Under the pieces are notes generated by a model, which was not told the origin of the DNA, did not search any database, and saw only the letters and a list, made by a program, of their open reading frames with translations. The position numbers and the translations under genes are program-made. 51,606 bases of DNA from positions 1 through 51,606 of IMG/VR virus record IMGVR_UViG_3300049136_000115. One strand, given 5' to 3'. Source of the stretch: a virus. Its lineage: Duplodnaviria; Caudoviricetes. Shown one piece after another: positions 1 through 9,463 of this stretch; positions within the stretch are counted from its first letter, which is position 1; each line of letters opens with the position of its first letter.

Positions 1-189
1 TCACGACGGGTCCTTGGCTTGCTGGTGGCACGTACAGCCGCACCGCCGTACCAGCAGGATCCCGCGCGAGTAGGGCAGCGGGATGTCGCTCGTCTGGCGG
101 CACTCGCGGTGCAGAGTCCGGTAGTCCGGGCGCTGCGCGAGCCGGCACTCGGCAGACAGCTCCTGCGCCGCGGTGCCGGCCGCCGTCAC
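1..189 (-). CDS. Small Cys/His-rich hypothetical protein (62 aa)
   Basis: GTG at 189 overlaps TGA of the upstream ORF (GTGA); CGCTCH motif. Confidence 0.6.
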   Translation of the reverse strand: MTAAGTAAQELSAECRLAQRPDYRTLHRECRQTSDIPLPYSRGILLVRRCGCTCHQQAKDPS

Positions 190-713
190 GACTCGTCGTC
201 GCCGGTCAGGCAGCCGCCCACCATCGCCAGCGACAGCACGTGGGCCGGCTTGCACAGGAGGTCCGGCTCGGTCATCGGCACCGCCCAGTACGAGGCCAGC
301 GGGGTCCGCTCTTCGAGCGTGGTGAGGTCGACGCGCGGCACGCCCAGGTAGGTGCCGTCTCCCAGGCATTCCACGACCGGCGCCTGCCAGGTGGCGGCGG
401 TGCCGGGCGGCACGAGGGCGTAGTAGCGGTGACAGCCGGGGTCGTGGATGACCGGGCCGCCGCAGAGGTAGTCGGCCAGGCGCTCCTCAACGACGGCGGG
501 GTTGTCGCTGGCAGCGGCGACGTGAACGATGAGTTTGGGGAGTCGGACCGCGTCGAAGCGGCGTCCCAGCGGGATCATCGCGAGCTTCGCGGTGTCCCAC
601 TCGTGGCGCGCCGTGTCCGGCGACGGGTGCGCGGCGGCCAGCCACCCCGACACCGTCGCTAACAGTGCGGGTGTGGATGTGCGGGTCCCGTCCGGGACCG
701 TAGTCTTTGCCAT
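186..713 (-). CDS. Hypothetical protein, primase/polymerase-like fragment typical of actinomycete XRE neighbourhoods; contains a TTA codon
   Basis: GAGGAG RBS; GRRFDAVR...GPVIHD...YYALVPPG motifs; TTA at 660-662 (codon 18). Confidence 0.7.
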   Translation of the reverse strand: MAKTTVPDGTRTSTPALLATVSGWLAAAHPSPDTARHEWDTAKLAMIPLGRRFDAVRLPKLIVHVAAASDNPAVVEERLADYLCGGPVIHDPGCHRYYALVPPGTAATWQAPVVECLGDGTYLGVPRVDLTTLEERTPLASYWAVPMTEPDLLCKPAHVLSLAMVGGCLTGDDES

Positions 714-865
714 GTCGACGCTCCTCAGTAGCGTTGGCCGGCCCCGGAGTCGTTAGCGCGGCTGCCGGGGCGCACTCGCCAGAAGAGCCGCAGACCCCGA
801 TGGGCGGGTCGCTGCGCCACTCTGACTAGGTGTAAGTACAGAGTGACGCTCTGAGAAGCGTGGAA

Positions 866-895
866 CGCTCACAGATATGTGAGCGCTGTGAGCGT
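866..895. promoter_or_regulatory. Putative operator upstream of 186..713
   Basis: Palindrome CGCTCACA-GATA-TGTGAGCG (866-885) plus an adjacent extra TGTGAGCG half site. Confidence 0.5.
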
Positions 896-896
896 G

Positions 897-2081
897 CTAC
901 AGGCCGATCCAGGCAGCCATGTGGCTGAGGGTGTCCGGCGTCCGCCGCGCCAGGTGCACCAGCCCGGTGATCGTCTCTCGGGCGCCCGGGTGGTAACGCG
1001 TCTGTTCCGGCGCCATCTTCCGCGCACTGACCAGGTGCTCAAGGGCCTTGCCGGTGTACCCAGTCTCCATCTCGGCGCGGGCTTGGTCGATGAGGAAGTG
1101 GGCGCGGCGCGACGTGGCGAGCTGCGTGGGCAGCTTCATCTTGCGGGCCTGCTTGAGGGCTTCGTCGTACTGGCGCATCTCCACGGCTGCGGACATCTTG
1201 TGCAGGGCCACATTGGCCGGGCCGAAGGACAGCCAGTGCACTTCGGAGGCGTCCCCGATGCGCTTGGCGATCCGGCGGGCCTCGCCAAGGTGCACGTTGA
1301 CGGCCGTCTGGTCCTCGGCTCGTGCCGAGATGACCGAGGCGCCGAGGTGCAGCTGCCCGGCGACGGCCAGGGCCTCGCGGGTCTCCTCTGCCTGCCCGAC
1401 GACGCTGTGCCCGGAGGCGACGAGCCGCTGCCCGATCCGGTACTCACCCTCGCGGAAGTACACCAGGGCGCGCATGTACTGGCGTACGGCGGCCAGACAG
1501 GGATCCGAGGCACGCTCAGCCGCCCAGTCCATGCGGTCCAGGGCGACAGCGGACAGGTCGTAGTAGCCGAGCTTCACGCTGATGTCGTGCGCAGTCCGGT
1601 ACGTGGAGGCGAGCGCCTGCCACAGCTCTGTCGACGGCGTCGACCAGGCCGCGTGAGTGAGTTCGGCGATCAGGCCCGGCAGCTTCCGGGCAGCGTTCCG
1701 CAGATGCGTTGCCCGGACGTCCTCGCACAGCTGGTCCGCGCCTGCGATGAGCTGGTCCGCCGGCCGGGCGGTCAGGTCCGGGTTGGGACCGAGGTCGTAC
1801 AGGTCGAGCGATTCACGGATGGGCCGCACGAGTTCGGCGAGCCGGTCGCGCTGCAATTCGGTCACGTACGGCTGCCCGGTCAGGACCGTCACATCGACGT
1901 GGAGGACCTTCGCGCAGGCGGCCACGAAGTCGGCGGTCGCCGGGCGGGCTCCGCATTCCACCTGGTTGAGCAGGCTGTAGGAGTAGGGCAGCAGGTCGGC
2001 CATCTGGCGTTGCGTGAGCCTGGCCAGTCTGCGCTGTTCCTTGATGCGCGCACCCGTGTGGTTGTCGTCCAGGAGAGGCAT
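897..2081 (-). CDS. XRE-family HTH regulator with C-terminal helical/TPR-like domain
   Basis: N-term GARIKEQRRLARLTQRQMADLLPYSYSLLNQVECG; C-term APEQTRYHP typical of Streptomyces XRE proteins; start taken at MPLLDD. Confidence 0.88.
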   Translation of the reverse strand: MPLLDDNHTGARIKEQRRLARLTQRQMADLLPYSYSLLNQVECGARPATADFVAACAKVLHVDVTVLTGQPYVTELQRDRLAELVRPIRESLDLYDLGPNPDLTARPADQLIAGADQLCEDVRATHLRNAARKLPGLIAELTHAAWSTPSTELWQALASTYRTAHDISVKLGYYDLSAVALDRMDWAAERASDPCLAAVRQYMRALVYFREGEYRIGQRLVASGHSVVGQAEETREALAVAGQLHLGASVISARAEDQTAVNVHLGEARRIAKRIGDASEVHWLSFGPANVALHKMSAAVEMRQYDEALKQARKMKLPTQLATSRRAHFLIDQARAEMETGYTGKALEHLVSARKMAPEQTRYHPGARETITGLVHLARRTPDTLSHMAAWIGL

Positions 2082-2200
2082 ACTGGTCTCCGTTCTAAGC
2101 ACCCACTTGGAACAGTACCCGCGCCCGACGGCGTTGGTGCACCCTTCCGCCCCCGACTCCTCTGTAAGCGGGGGCGGTTGCGTGTGATCGGATAGCCCGC

Positions 2201-2749
2201 ATGACGACAACACGCCCAGTCCTGTACCTGTTCGGATCCGCCGCGCCGCCCGTCTTCGACGTCGACCGCGTCATCCGGGAGGCGCAGGACCGCGGCTTCG
2301 ACGTGTGCCTCGGTCTCACCCCGACCGCCGCCCGGTGGCTCGCGCCTCAGCTCGCTGACCTGGAGCTGCTCACCGGCCACGCCGTGCGCAGCGACTACAA
2401 GATGCCTGGCGAGCCGGACGTGTGGCCAAAGGCGGACGTCATCGCCGTGGCGCCGGCCACCTTCAACACGGTGAACGCGTGGGCGCTCGGCATCACTCGG
2501 GACTTCGTCGTCGGCGTCGTGGCTGAAGGCATCGGGAAGGGCATCCCGCTCGTGGCCATGCCGTGCGTCAACGCGGCGTACGTGCAGCACCGGCAGTTCG
2601 AGCGGAGCATCACCGAGCTGCGCGACATGGGTGTGCGGGTCCTGTACGGAGAGGGCGGCTTCGTGCCGAACCAGCCCGGCCAGGGCAAGCCGAAGGAGTA
2701 CCCCTGGCACCTGGTCCTCAACGCCGCCCTGGAGGCCGTCGCCCGGTAG
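2201..2749 (+). CDS. HFCD-family flavoprotein (PPC-decarboxylase-like fold)
   Basis: LTPTAARW and ADVIAVAPATFNTVNAWALGI motifs; divergent from the XRE gene. Confidence 0.85.
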   Translation: MTTTRPVLYLFGSAAPPVFDVDRVIREAQDRGFDVCLGLTPTAARWLAPQLADLELLTGHAVRSDYKMPGEPDVWPKADVIAVAPATFNTVNAWALGITRDFVVGVVAEGIGKGIPLVAMPCVNAAYVQHRQFERSITELRDMGVRVLYGEGGFVPNQPGQGKPKEYPWHLVLNAALEAVAR

Positions 2750-2777
2750 GCGGTCAGGCCTTCTGAAACCGCGAAAT

Positions 2778-2805
2778 GCCCCCACCGCCCGGAGGCGGCG
2801 GGGGC
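2778..2805. terminator. GC-rich hairpin between convergent genes
   Basis: GCCCCCACCGCC-CGGA-GGCGGCGGGGGC. Confidence 0.5.
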
Positions 2806-2821
2806 TCGGGTGGTGAGCGGA

Positions 2822-3175
2822 TCAGCTGGCGATGAAGAGTGCGACGACGGCGACGGCCACCGCGGCTACAGCGGCCAGCGTGCTGACCACGGGCAGCGGG
2901 AAGCGGCGGCCCTCCAGAGCGTCGACCTTCTCCCGCAGTGGCTTCACCTCCTCGTCGCGGATCTTCTGGAAGCCGGCCTCCATGTCGGCGCGGATCTTGT
3001 CGACCTCGGCTTCCATGTCGGCGCGCAGCCTCGCCAGCTCGGCGTCGGTGCGCGTGGTCCGTTCGACGAGGATGCCCAAGGTGCCCTTGATGTTCTCCAG
3101 CCCCTTGTTGATCTCCCCTCGCAACTTCTCGAGCTCGATCGCGATGTTCGTCGTCGGGTCCGGGGCCGCGGTCAT
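2822..3175 (-). CDS. Lysis-cassette coiled-coil membrane protein
   Basis: Coiled coil with 11-aa repeats (RADMEA x2) and C-terminal TM helix; follows the holin. Confidence 0.75.
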   Translation of the reverse strand: MTAAPDPTTNIAIELEKLRGEINKGLENIKGTLGILVERTTRTDAELARLRADMEAEVDKIRADMEAGFQKIRDEEVKPLREKVDALEGRRFPLPVVSTLAAVAAVAVAVVALFIAS

Positions 3176-3357
3176 GCCGGGTCCCTGGGCTCCCGGTTCG
3201 GCACCTTCCAGACGGCGCCGAGCGCGGCGAGCGCGACCAGCCCAGCGATGACGCCCTCGGCGGACGTCAGGGTGCCGTCCTGCACGGCGGTACCGAGCGA
3301 GCCGGCCCCTGCGGCAACGGCAGCCACGACCGCCTTCCAGTAGGGGGAGATCCTCAT
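3172..3357 (-). CDS. Holin (2 TM)
   Basis: 61 aa, YWKAVVAAV...VWKVPN, immediately after endolysin. Confidence 0.8.
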   Translation of the reverse strand: MRISPYWKAVVAAVAAGAGSLGTAVQDGTLTSAEGVIAGLVALAALGAVWKVPNREPRDPA

Positions 3358-3360
3358 AGC

Positions 3361-4362
3361 TCAGCCCTCCTGCGGCTTGCTGACGGTGATGTCGACGTGG
3401 AGGCCCGCGAGCTTGGCCACGAGCGCGGCCTGGAGCGCGGCGGGGTCCAAGGCGGCCAGCAGCGCCTGGACCTGTTCCAGGCGCGCGACGGCTTCCCGGC
3501 TGTGCTCGGCGGTCGTCTGGAGCGTGTACGCCGGCGTCCAGCTCTTGTTCACCTCGTAGTCCGTGTTCGCGTACGGCGGGCGGGCGGCCGGGATGACGTC
3601 ACGGCCCCAGATGCGGTCCAGGTCGCCGCCTTCGAGCGCGCCTCCCCCGGCGAGCAGCTTCCCCACCACGGCGTCAGCGACCCGCTTCACGTCGTCGTCG
3701 GTCAGGGCCACTTCGTCCTCCTGCGTGTCGGGCCAGGCGCCGGCGGGCAGCGCGAGGCATGCCGCGAGGTCGCGGCGGAACGTCTTCATGTCGAAGCCGC
3801 GCGGGTCGGACTTCCAGTCGGACCACTCCAGGTGGCCGATCGCCGACTTCGGGCCCCAGCCGTGCGCGCGGCAGATCGCGGCGGTGGCCTTCACCATGGC
3901 GACGTACTGGACGCGCGGCCACGGGTCCTTGCCGTCGCCGAGGTTCTCGCACTCGAAGCCGTAGAAGCGGGCGTTGCCGTCGACGGCGCCGGCGCTGCCC
4001 TGGTGCTGGTTCGTGCGGGGCGGGTAGTCGCCGTACGACTCGTTGATGACGGCCATGAGCACGTCCGGGTCGCCGCCGCCCGCGTGGTTGGCGCGGCCGT
4101 TGCCCGTCAGGTGCACCGTGCCGTCCTTGGTGATGCAGCCGGTCGAGAGCGGGCCGGGCAGTTCGCTGTGCCCGCCGTAGATCAGGCTCACGACGTCGGT
4201 CTTCGGCCCGGTGACGGTGTGGTGGATCACCACGCCGTTGACCGGTCCCCACGCGCCCACGTGGTTGCGGTTGTTGGTGCGCCAGGACCGCACCTCGCGG
4301 ACGGTGCAGCCCTCGCTCCGGAGCACGGCGACCAGGCGGTCAGCGGACAGCGGGGCGGCCAT
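3361..4362 (-). CDS. Endolysin, N-acetylmuramoyl-L-alanine amidase (Amidase_2)
   Basis: VVIHHT, ANHAG, GFECEN, IGHLEW..KSDP motifs; start MAAPLSAD overlaps upstream stop. Confidence 0.92.
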   Translation of the reverse strand: MAAPLSADRLVAVLRSEGCTVREVRSWRTNNRNHVGAWGPVNGVVIHHTVTGPKTDVVSLIYGGHSELPGPLSTGCITKDGTVHLTGNGRANHAGGGDPDVLMAVINESYGDYPPRTNQHQGSAGAVDGNARFYGFECENLGDGKDPWPRVQYVAMVKATAAICRAHGWGPKSAIGHLEWSDWKSDPRGFDMKTFRRDLAACLALPAGAWPDTQEDEVALTDDDVKRVADAVVGKLLAGGGALEGGDLDRIWGRDVIPAARPPYANTDYEVNKSWTPAYTLQTTAEHSREAVARLEQVQALLAALDPAALQAALVAKLAGLHVDITVSKPQEG

Positions 4363-4625
4363 CACACACACTCCGACCAGGTGCCGGGCTCGGTGCCCTG
4401 GTGGCGGGACGTCGCCCACATGGTGTCTTCGCCGTCCAGGAGCACCTTCAGGTTCGCGACGTCGGCCGGGTTCCCGGGGAACGTCTTCACCACGACCGCC
4501 GGGTAGCGGTCGCCCTCGCGGACGAAGTTCCCGTTCAGGCCGTGCTGGTGGCGCTGCTGGGTGATATGCCGGGCGTCGTCCTCGGTCAGCCGGTACATCA
4601 CGACGCGGCCGGGCGTGGGGACCAT
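4362..4625 (-). CDS. Hypothetical phage protein (87 aa)
   Basis: GGAGG RBS, MVPTPGRVVMYRL, coupled to endolysin. Confidence 0.75.
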   Translation of the reverse strand: MVPTPGRVVMYRLTEDDARHITQQRHQHGLNGNFVREGDRYPAVVVKTFPGNPADVANLKVLLDGEDTMWATSRHQGTEPGTWSECV

Positions 4626-4636
4626 GTCAGCCTCCC

Positions 4637-4876
4637 TCAGTCCGTGGGGGTGAAGTCGAGGTAGTACTGCTTGCCCGGCTCGAAGACCACGTCCGGGTTG
4701 TCGACCTGGAGCGTGAGGGTCCCCGACGGGGTGGCCTTCGCGTACCGCCGGTCCTCGGGGGTCTCCGGGTCGTACACCGCCATGAACTCGTAGGAACGCG
4801 TGACGTGCTCCGCCTCGGGGCCCCACTTCTTGTGCGTCTCGAAGGTGCAGCGGAACTTGGCTCGTACGTTCGCCAT
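4637..4876 (-). CDS. Hypothetical phage protein (79 aa)
   Basis: Good codon usage; VRAKFRC...ATPSG...YYLDFT. Confidence 0.8.
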   Translation of the reverse strand: MANVRAKFRCTFETHKKWGPEAEHVTRSYEFMAVYDPETPEDRRYAKATPSGTLTLQVDNPDVVFEPGKQYYLDFTPTD

Positions 4877-4900
4877 GTCGGCCCTACTTTCTTGGGTTGG

Positions 4901-5113
4901 TCATCCTGCGATCAGGTGGTGAGCGAGCCAGGCTCAGAACCCGGCGATGACGGCGACGCCGACCGGACGCCACGGCCGGGCCGGCTTGATGCCGGCCGCG
5001 GCACGCAGCAGCACGGACGCGGTGTCGCCCTTGCGGCGGTTGGCGATGGCGAGCGCTTCGAGAACGGCGAAGCTCCCGGCGGGCACGGCCCACAGCCACA
5101 GGGGAAAGTCCAC
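4901..5113 (-). pseudogene. Small membrane protein with in-frame TGA at 4934-4936 (not in ORF track)
   Basis: Hand translation MDFPLWLWAVPAGSFAVLEALAIANRRKGDTASVLLRAAAGIKPARPWRPVGVAVIAGF*AWLAHHLIAG*; stop falls inside the second TM helix. Confidence 0.55.
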
Positions 5114-5120
5114 GGCGTAC

Positions 5121-5480
5121 CTACTTCACGGTCAGGGTGTCGGGGGCCTTGCGGATGATGTTCTCGCCGGGCCGGGTGCCGACGGCCTGCGTCGTCACCA
5201 GGACCCACCGGTGATAGGTGCCGGGGGCGAGCGCCAGGTCGGCGCCGGCCGCGGGACCGATCTGCGCGACCACGTCGATGACGCCGCCCTGCGCGAGCGG
5301 GTTGGCCGGGTCGCTCGCGCCGTCGATGAGCTGGACGGTCGTGAAGTCCGTGACCTGCGGAATGTAGTTGGCGTCGGTGGTGTGGTAGACGCCGACGGCG
5401 GTGACCTGGGTGGGCCCGCCCCTCGTGAACGTCAGCTCGTTGAAGGTGTATTCGGTGGCGGTGTTGTAGAGCTCCGGCAT
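5121..5480 (-). CDS. Virion-associated beta-rich protein
   Basis: In the tail module; Ig-like composition. Confidence 0.7.
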   Translation of the reverse strand: MPELYNTATEYTFNELTFTRGGPTQVTAVGVYHTTDANYIPQVTDFTTVQLIDGASDPANPLAQGGVIDVVAQIGPAAGADLALAPGTYHRWVLVTTQAVGTRPGENIIRKAPDTLTVK

Positions 5481-6358
5481 CACGGCTCCCTGTCAACGAT
5501 CGTGCCGGCCACGTGCAGGCTGAGCCCTGTGGGCCCAACACCGGTGTGCACGATGCGGGTCGGGCCGACGGACACCGTCACGTCCTTGGCGCTGGACTGG
5601 AAGATGCCGCCGAAGTCTGCCGTCAGGCCTCCGAGGACGCCGCCCAGGCTGGTGCGGCTGACGATGCGCCCGGTGCCGGCGGCGTCGGCCGCGGCGAGGG
5701 CCAGGGCGGCGGACGTGTCCGATTCCAGGCTGGCGGTCAGTGCGGCGGTGGGGCCTCCGAGCTCCACGGTGAGACTGCCGGACAGGCTGCCAGAGTCGAC
5801 TCCGACGGTGTGGACGCGCATGTCGCCGCCACCGCCGCCGCTGAAGAACGCGTTGACGAAGTGGACCTGGACGTTCGTCAGGTCCCAGGCGGGCAGGGGC
5901 ACGATGCCGCCCCCGCTGAAGGAGAACGGGTTCGTCCACGTGATGCCGTCGCTGCTGGATTCCAGCAGCACGTCGGTCGCGGTGGTGCGGATACGGCACC
6001 ACCGGTGGTTGGCGTCCGACCAGGGCTCGAAGCCGTCCTCGGCGCCGACGAAATAACCCAGCGACGTACCGTACCGGCCGTAGTGGATCTCCTGCCCGCT
6101 CACGCCGGTGCCGATCGAGCAGTACTGCTCCACGCCCGCCACCGCGGCGCCGGTGAACGTCCACTCCCATGTGAAGCTGTCCTCGGCGAAGTCCCGCGAC
6201 GGCGGCGTGAAGCCGAGGAAGTTCGCGTAGGCGCACGACGGGTCCAGCACCACGTAGCCGTCTCCCAGGGTCTGCGTGACGCCCACGGAGTCGTTCCACA
6301 GCGTCGTGTTGAGCCCGTCGCCGTCGAACGCATCGTGCAGCGTGCTCAGCTTGGCCAC
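5480..6358 (-). CDS. Minor tail protein, possible lectin-like/receptor-binding domain
   Basis: Trp/aromatic-rich beta domain (HRWCRIR, ESSSDGITW) in tail module. Confidence 0.7.
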   Translation of the reverse strand: MAKLSTLHDAFDGDGLNTTLWNDSVGVTQTLGDGYVVLDPSCAYANFLGFTPPSRDFAEDSFTWEWTFTGAAVAGVEQYCSIGTGVSGQEIHYGRYGTSLGYFVGAEDGFEPWSDANHRWCRIRTTATDVLLESSSDGITWTNPFSFSGGGIVPLPAWDLTNVQVHFVNAFFSGGGGGDMRVHTVGVDSGSLSGSLTVELGGPTAALTASLESDTSAALALAAADAAGTGRIVSRTSLGGVLGGLTADFGGIFQSSAKDVTVSVGPTRIVHTGVGPTGLSLHVAGTIVDREP

Positions 6359-6364
6359 GGCGCG

Positions 6365-6775
6365 TCACCCGGAGGCGGGCATCGTGATCGTGCCGTCGGT
6401 GATCTCCACGTCCAAGCCGGTCGACACCGCGGTCGTGTTGACGATCAGGTCGGCGCTGGAGATGCCCACGGAGCCGTCGATCCGCGCGACCCCGTCGGAG
6501 TCGAGGATGCGGAACCAGCTCGCGGTGCCGTCGGCGACGGCCGTCGCCGACCGGGGCGTGCCCGCCAGCGTCGCCACCCCACCGGCCGCCGCGGTGAAGG
6601 CGGGGTCGGCGAGGGCCAGTTCGGCAAGCAGCGTGCCGGTGGCAGCCGCGTCCGGGCCGGCGGGCTGCGTGCCGGAGCGGATCTGGAGTTTGCCGCCTGC
6701 CGCGCCCGCGTTGACCAGGGCCGTGATGGCGTCGGCCGCGGCGTTGCGGGCCGCTGCGGAGATGAAGACCGTCAT
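6365..6775 (-). CDS. Virion structural protein
   Basis: ARNAAADAI...GTASWFRI; Ala/Gly/Thr-rich. Confidence 0.7.
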   Translation of the reverse strand: MTVFISAAARNAAADAITALVNAGAAGGKLQIRSGTQPAGPDAAATGTLLAELALADPAFTAAAGGVATLAGTPRSATAVADGTASWFRILDSDGVARIDGSVGISSADLIVNTTAVSTGLDVEITDGTITMPASG

Positions 6776-6789
6776 TGTGGCGTGCCCTT

Positions 6790-7551
6790 TCAGGCCTGGT
6801 AGGTGGTGACGATGACGACGCCGTTGCCGCCGGGCGATCCGGCGACCGCGGCCTGGGAGGGGCCGTTGGAGGGGCCGGAGGCGCCGCCGCCGTATTTGCG
6901 GCCGTCGAAGCCGGAGGTGGTGCCCGAGGCCACACCGGTGGCGCGGCGCTCGGCGCCCAGGAATGAGCCGCCGCCGTTGTTGTACTTCACGGCCGTGCCG
7001 CTGATCACCTGGCCGTTGCAGCCGTCATTGCCGGGGATGCGGAGGGAGCCGCCGGTGCCGCCGCTGCCGCCGTTCGAGCCGCCGATGCTGACGGCGCCGC
7101 TGGTGGCCTGGCCACCTCCGCCGCCACCCCCGCCCACGGCGGTGATCAGCGAGCCGAAGCTGCTGGTACCGCCCGTACTGCCGGTGTTTTCGCCTGCCGC
7201 GCCGCCGTTGCCGCCCGCGCCCACCGTGACAGCCACCGTGCTCGACAACGCCGACGCCACGAACCAGCCCTCGGCGTATTCGCCGCCCGCGCCGCCACCG
7301 GCGCATGCGGACTGCCCGGAGGCTGTCGCGGGGACGCCGCCGGAGCCGCCGCCTCCTCCCTGGACCTGGACGTGAACGAAGAGCGCACCGCTCGGCTTGG
7401 TCCACGTGCCGGACGTCTCGAACACCTGCTGGTCGACGCTGCCGGCGATCGCGGCGTCAGCGCTCGCGGCGAGGGCCGCGAACCACTCCCACAGCCGGAC
7501 GTTGTCCGTGCTCTCGGGGTAGGTGATGCCCTTCGACGTCTCCTGGCTCAC
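6790..7551 (-). CDS. Glycine-rich minor tail/fiber protein
   Basis: SGTWTKPSG, GGGGG, YGGGASG, GNGVVIV glycine-rich domain; GTG overlaps upstream stop. Confidence 0.85.
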   Translation of the reverse strand: MSQETSKGITYPESTDNVRLWEWFAALAASADAAIAGSVDQQVFETSGTWTKPSGALFVHVQVQGGGGGSGGVPATASGQSACAGGGAGGEYAEGWFVASALSSTVAVTVGAGGNGGAAGENTGSTGGTSSFGSLITAVGGGGGGGGQATSGAVSIGGSNGGSGGTGGSLRIPGNDGCNGQVISGTAVKYNNGGGSFLGAERRATGVASGTTSGFDGRKYGGGASGPSNGPSQAAVAGSPGGNGVVIVTTYQA

Positions 7552-8366
7552 GCGTCTCTCCTCCACGAGATCGTCAGGGTCCAGGCCGCGGACCATGAGG
7601 CCCTGCCGGCGAGGCGGATGTACGGGCTGTCGGAGCCGATCGAGATGGCGAGGCCGCCGCGGGTGCCGTCGACCATGGCCTGCGCCCAGCTCTTGGGGAT
7701 CGCGAAGGCGTCGTTCGTGGCGCTGACCGCGAGAGGCGGCCCGGACGTGGTCTCATTCAGCGTCGGGAACGAACCGGGCCGGGTGGACTGGGTGACCAGG
7801 CGCAGCGTCGGGATACGGGCAGCGAAGTCACCGGCCACCAGGCGGCGCAGCCTCAGCGTGGCCTGGGTGACGGTCGCCCCGGCGATCGACCTGGGCTTGG
7901 AGCCGTAGAACGCGAAGCCGTGGTTGCGGCCGAACGAACTGCCGCTGTAGCGGCCCTGGTAGGTGTCGGCCGATGTCGAGCTGCCGATGTCGGTGCGCCA
8001 GCGGCCGTCGCGCCACGTGGAGGTGGCGACCGGGGTGCACACGAGAGTGCCGGTCTTCGTGACGGGCTTCGGTGCGGGTGGCGGGTCTCCGCTGTCCGGC
8101 GGGGGGTTGTCGGGGTCATCGGCGGGCGGGCCCGGCGGGACGATCGGCCCGCTGGGGAGGACGCCGGCCACGTAGTACACGGAACCGACGCGGGTGATGA
8201 GCAGCGGGTCGCCCTTGGCGACGGTGATGCCGATGGTGACGCGGACTGCGATCTGGATGCCACCCACGTCCGCGAGGCAGGCGCCGCCGGACACGGCGGT
8301 GACGGCAACGCCCACGAGGGAGCCTTGTCCGGCGAGGGAGACACGCAGGCCAGCGGAATCCGGCAT
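7548..8366 (-). CDS. Minor tail protein
   Basis: Position; two domains with Pro-rich linker. Confidence 0.75.
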   Translation of the reverse strand: MPDSAGLRVSLAGQGSLVGVAVTAVSGGACLADVGGIQIAVRVTIGITVAKGDPLLITRVGSVYYVAGVLPSGPIVPPGPPADDPDNPPPDSGDPPPAPKPVTKTGTLVCTPVATSTWRDGRWRTDIGSSTSADTYQGRYSGSSFGRNHGFAFYGSKPRSIAGATVTQATLRLRRLVAGDFAARIPTLRLVTQSTRPGSFPTLNETTSGPPLAVSATNDAFAIPKSWAQAMVDGTRGGLAISIGSDSPYIRLAGRASWSAAWTLTISWRRDA

Positions 8367-8376
8367 CCTCGCCCCC

Positions 8377-9462
8377 TTACAGGACTCGGACGGAGAGGGT
8401 CATCTCTCCGGGCGTGTACGGCAGGGTCAGTGACTCGATCATCGCGGGGGCGCTGCTGAGTCCCCGGCCGGTCACGGACACCACGTCACCGGTCATCAGT
8501 CCGGGGTGCGGCACAAGCCTCACGTCGACCTTCCGCGAGGCGGTGCGCCTCATCCGGGTCAGGGTCGTGCCGGCGGCGTTGCGGCACTGCTGCACGGTCT
8601 TCAGCAGCAGCGACGAGTAGACGTACGGCACGGGCAGCGGGCTGAAGTCCCCGCCCACCCGGTAGGGGCTGGTCGTGTCGTAGGCGACACCGCGCAGCGG
8701 GGTGCCCTCTTCGTCCTCGCCCTGGGCGACGACTACGTTGAACGCGCCGTCGCGGGTGGTGTTGGACTGCCAGCGCACCACGGTCCCGCCGACACCGTCT
8801 GTCAGGTCCAGTACCGGGCTGCCCGTGTCGACGACCGGCTCTACGAGCAGGAAGCCGTCCTCGGTGACCCGGCAGTCCGCCGGCCATGCGTCCAGGACCT
8901 CGTTGAGGGCTCCGAGCCGGTCTTCGTCCCATTGCATTCCGGCCGGGACTGCCCGGTCCACGAGCGTCCCGTCGAACACGACGGTAAGCGCCGGTTCGAC
9001 CAGGCCTCGCACAGTGGAGACGATCGTCTCGCCATCCTGCCAGCGCGGCTGGTAGGGGGCGACGAAGCGGGCCTCCTCGATGAGGGTGAGCAGGCCCTGC
9101 GCGGTCACGGACACGCTGTCGCCGTCGGTCTGGCTGTCGGTGATGAGGAACCAGCCGCGGTCGATCCACTCGAACTGGCCGCGGCCGACGTCGACGCCGT
9201 AGGAGATGTGCAGCTGCTGCCCGTACGCGGCGAGCGGATGGTCGGGGTCGGCGCCGGGTTCCCAGTCGAAGCCCCGGTCGCGGCGCGGCACGGTCAGCGA
9301 CACCCGCTCTGGCACGTTCAGGGACCGGTCGCGTTCCTCGGAGCCGTCCGCCACGGGCACGTCGTCGGCGAGGAGTTCACCGCCCCGCCACACCGAGGCG
9401 CGGACCTCCATGCGGAAGGACCGCTGCACGACGGCGAGGGCTTCCGGCGTCATCTCCAGCAC
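8377..9462 (-). CDS. Minor tail (baseplate hub-like, DUF5047-like) protein
   Basis: HPLAAYGQQLHI, FNVVVAQGE; position two genes after tape measure. Confidence 0.78.
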   Translation of the reverse strand: MLEMTPEALAVVQRSFRMEVRASVWRGGELLADDVPVADGSEERDRSLNVPERVSLTVPRRDRGFDWEPGADPDHPLAAYGQQLHISYGVDVGRGQFEWIDRGWFLITDSQTDGDSVSVTAQGLLTLIEEARFVAPYQPRWQDGETIVSTVRGLVEPALTVVFDGTLVDRAVPAGMQWDEDRLGALNEVLDAWPADCRVTEDGFLLVEPVVDTGSPVLDLTDGVGGTVVRWQSNTTRDGAFNVVVAQGEDEEGTPLRGVAYDTTSPYRVGGDFSPLPVPYVYSSLLLKTVQQCRNAAGTTLTRMRRTASRKVDVRLVPHPGLMTGDVVSVTGRGLSSAPAMIESLTLPYTPGEMTLSVRVL

Positions 9463-9463
9463 G

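Noticed and set aside
5121-9462. Diversity-generating retroelement or tail-fiber invertible segment
   Set aside because: No reverse transcriptase or invertase gene and no TR/VR-like duplicated segment noticed
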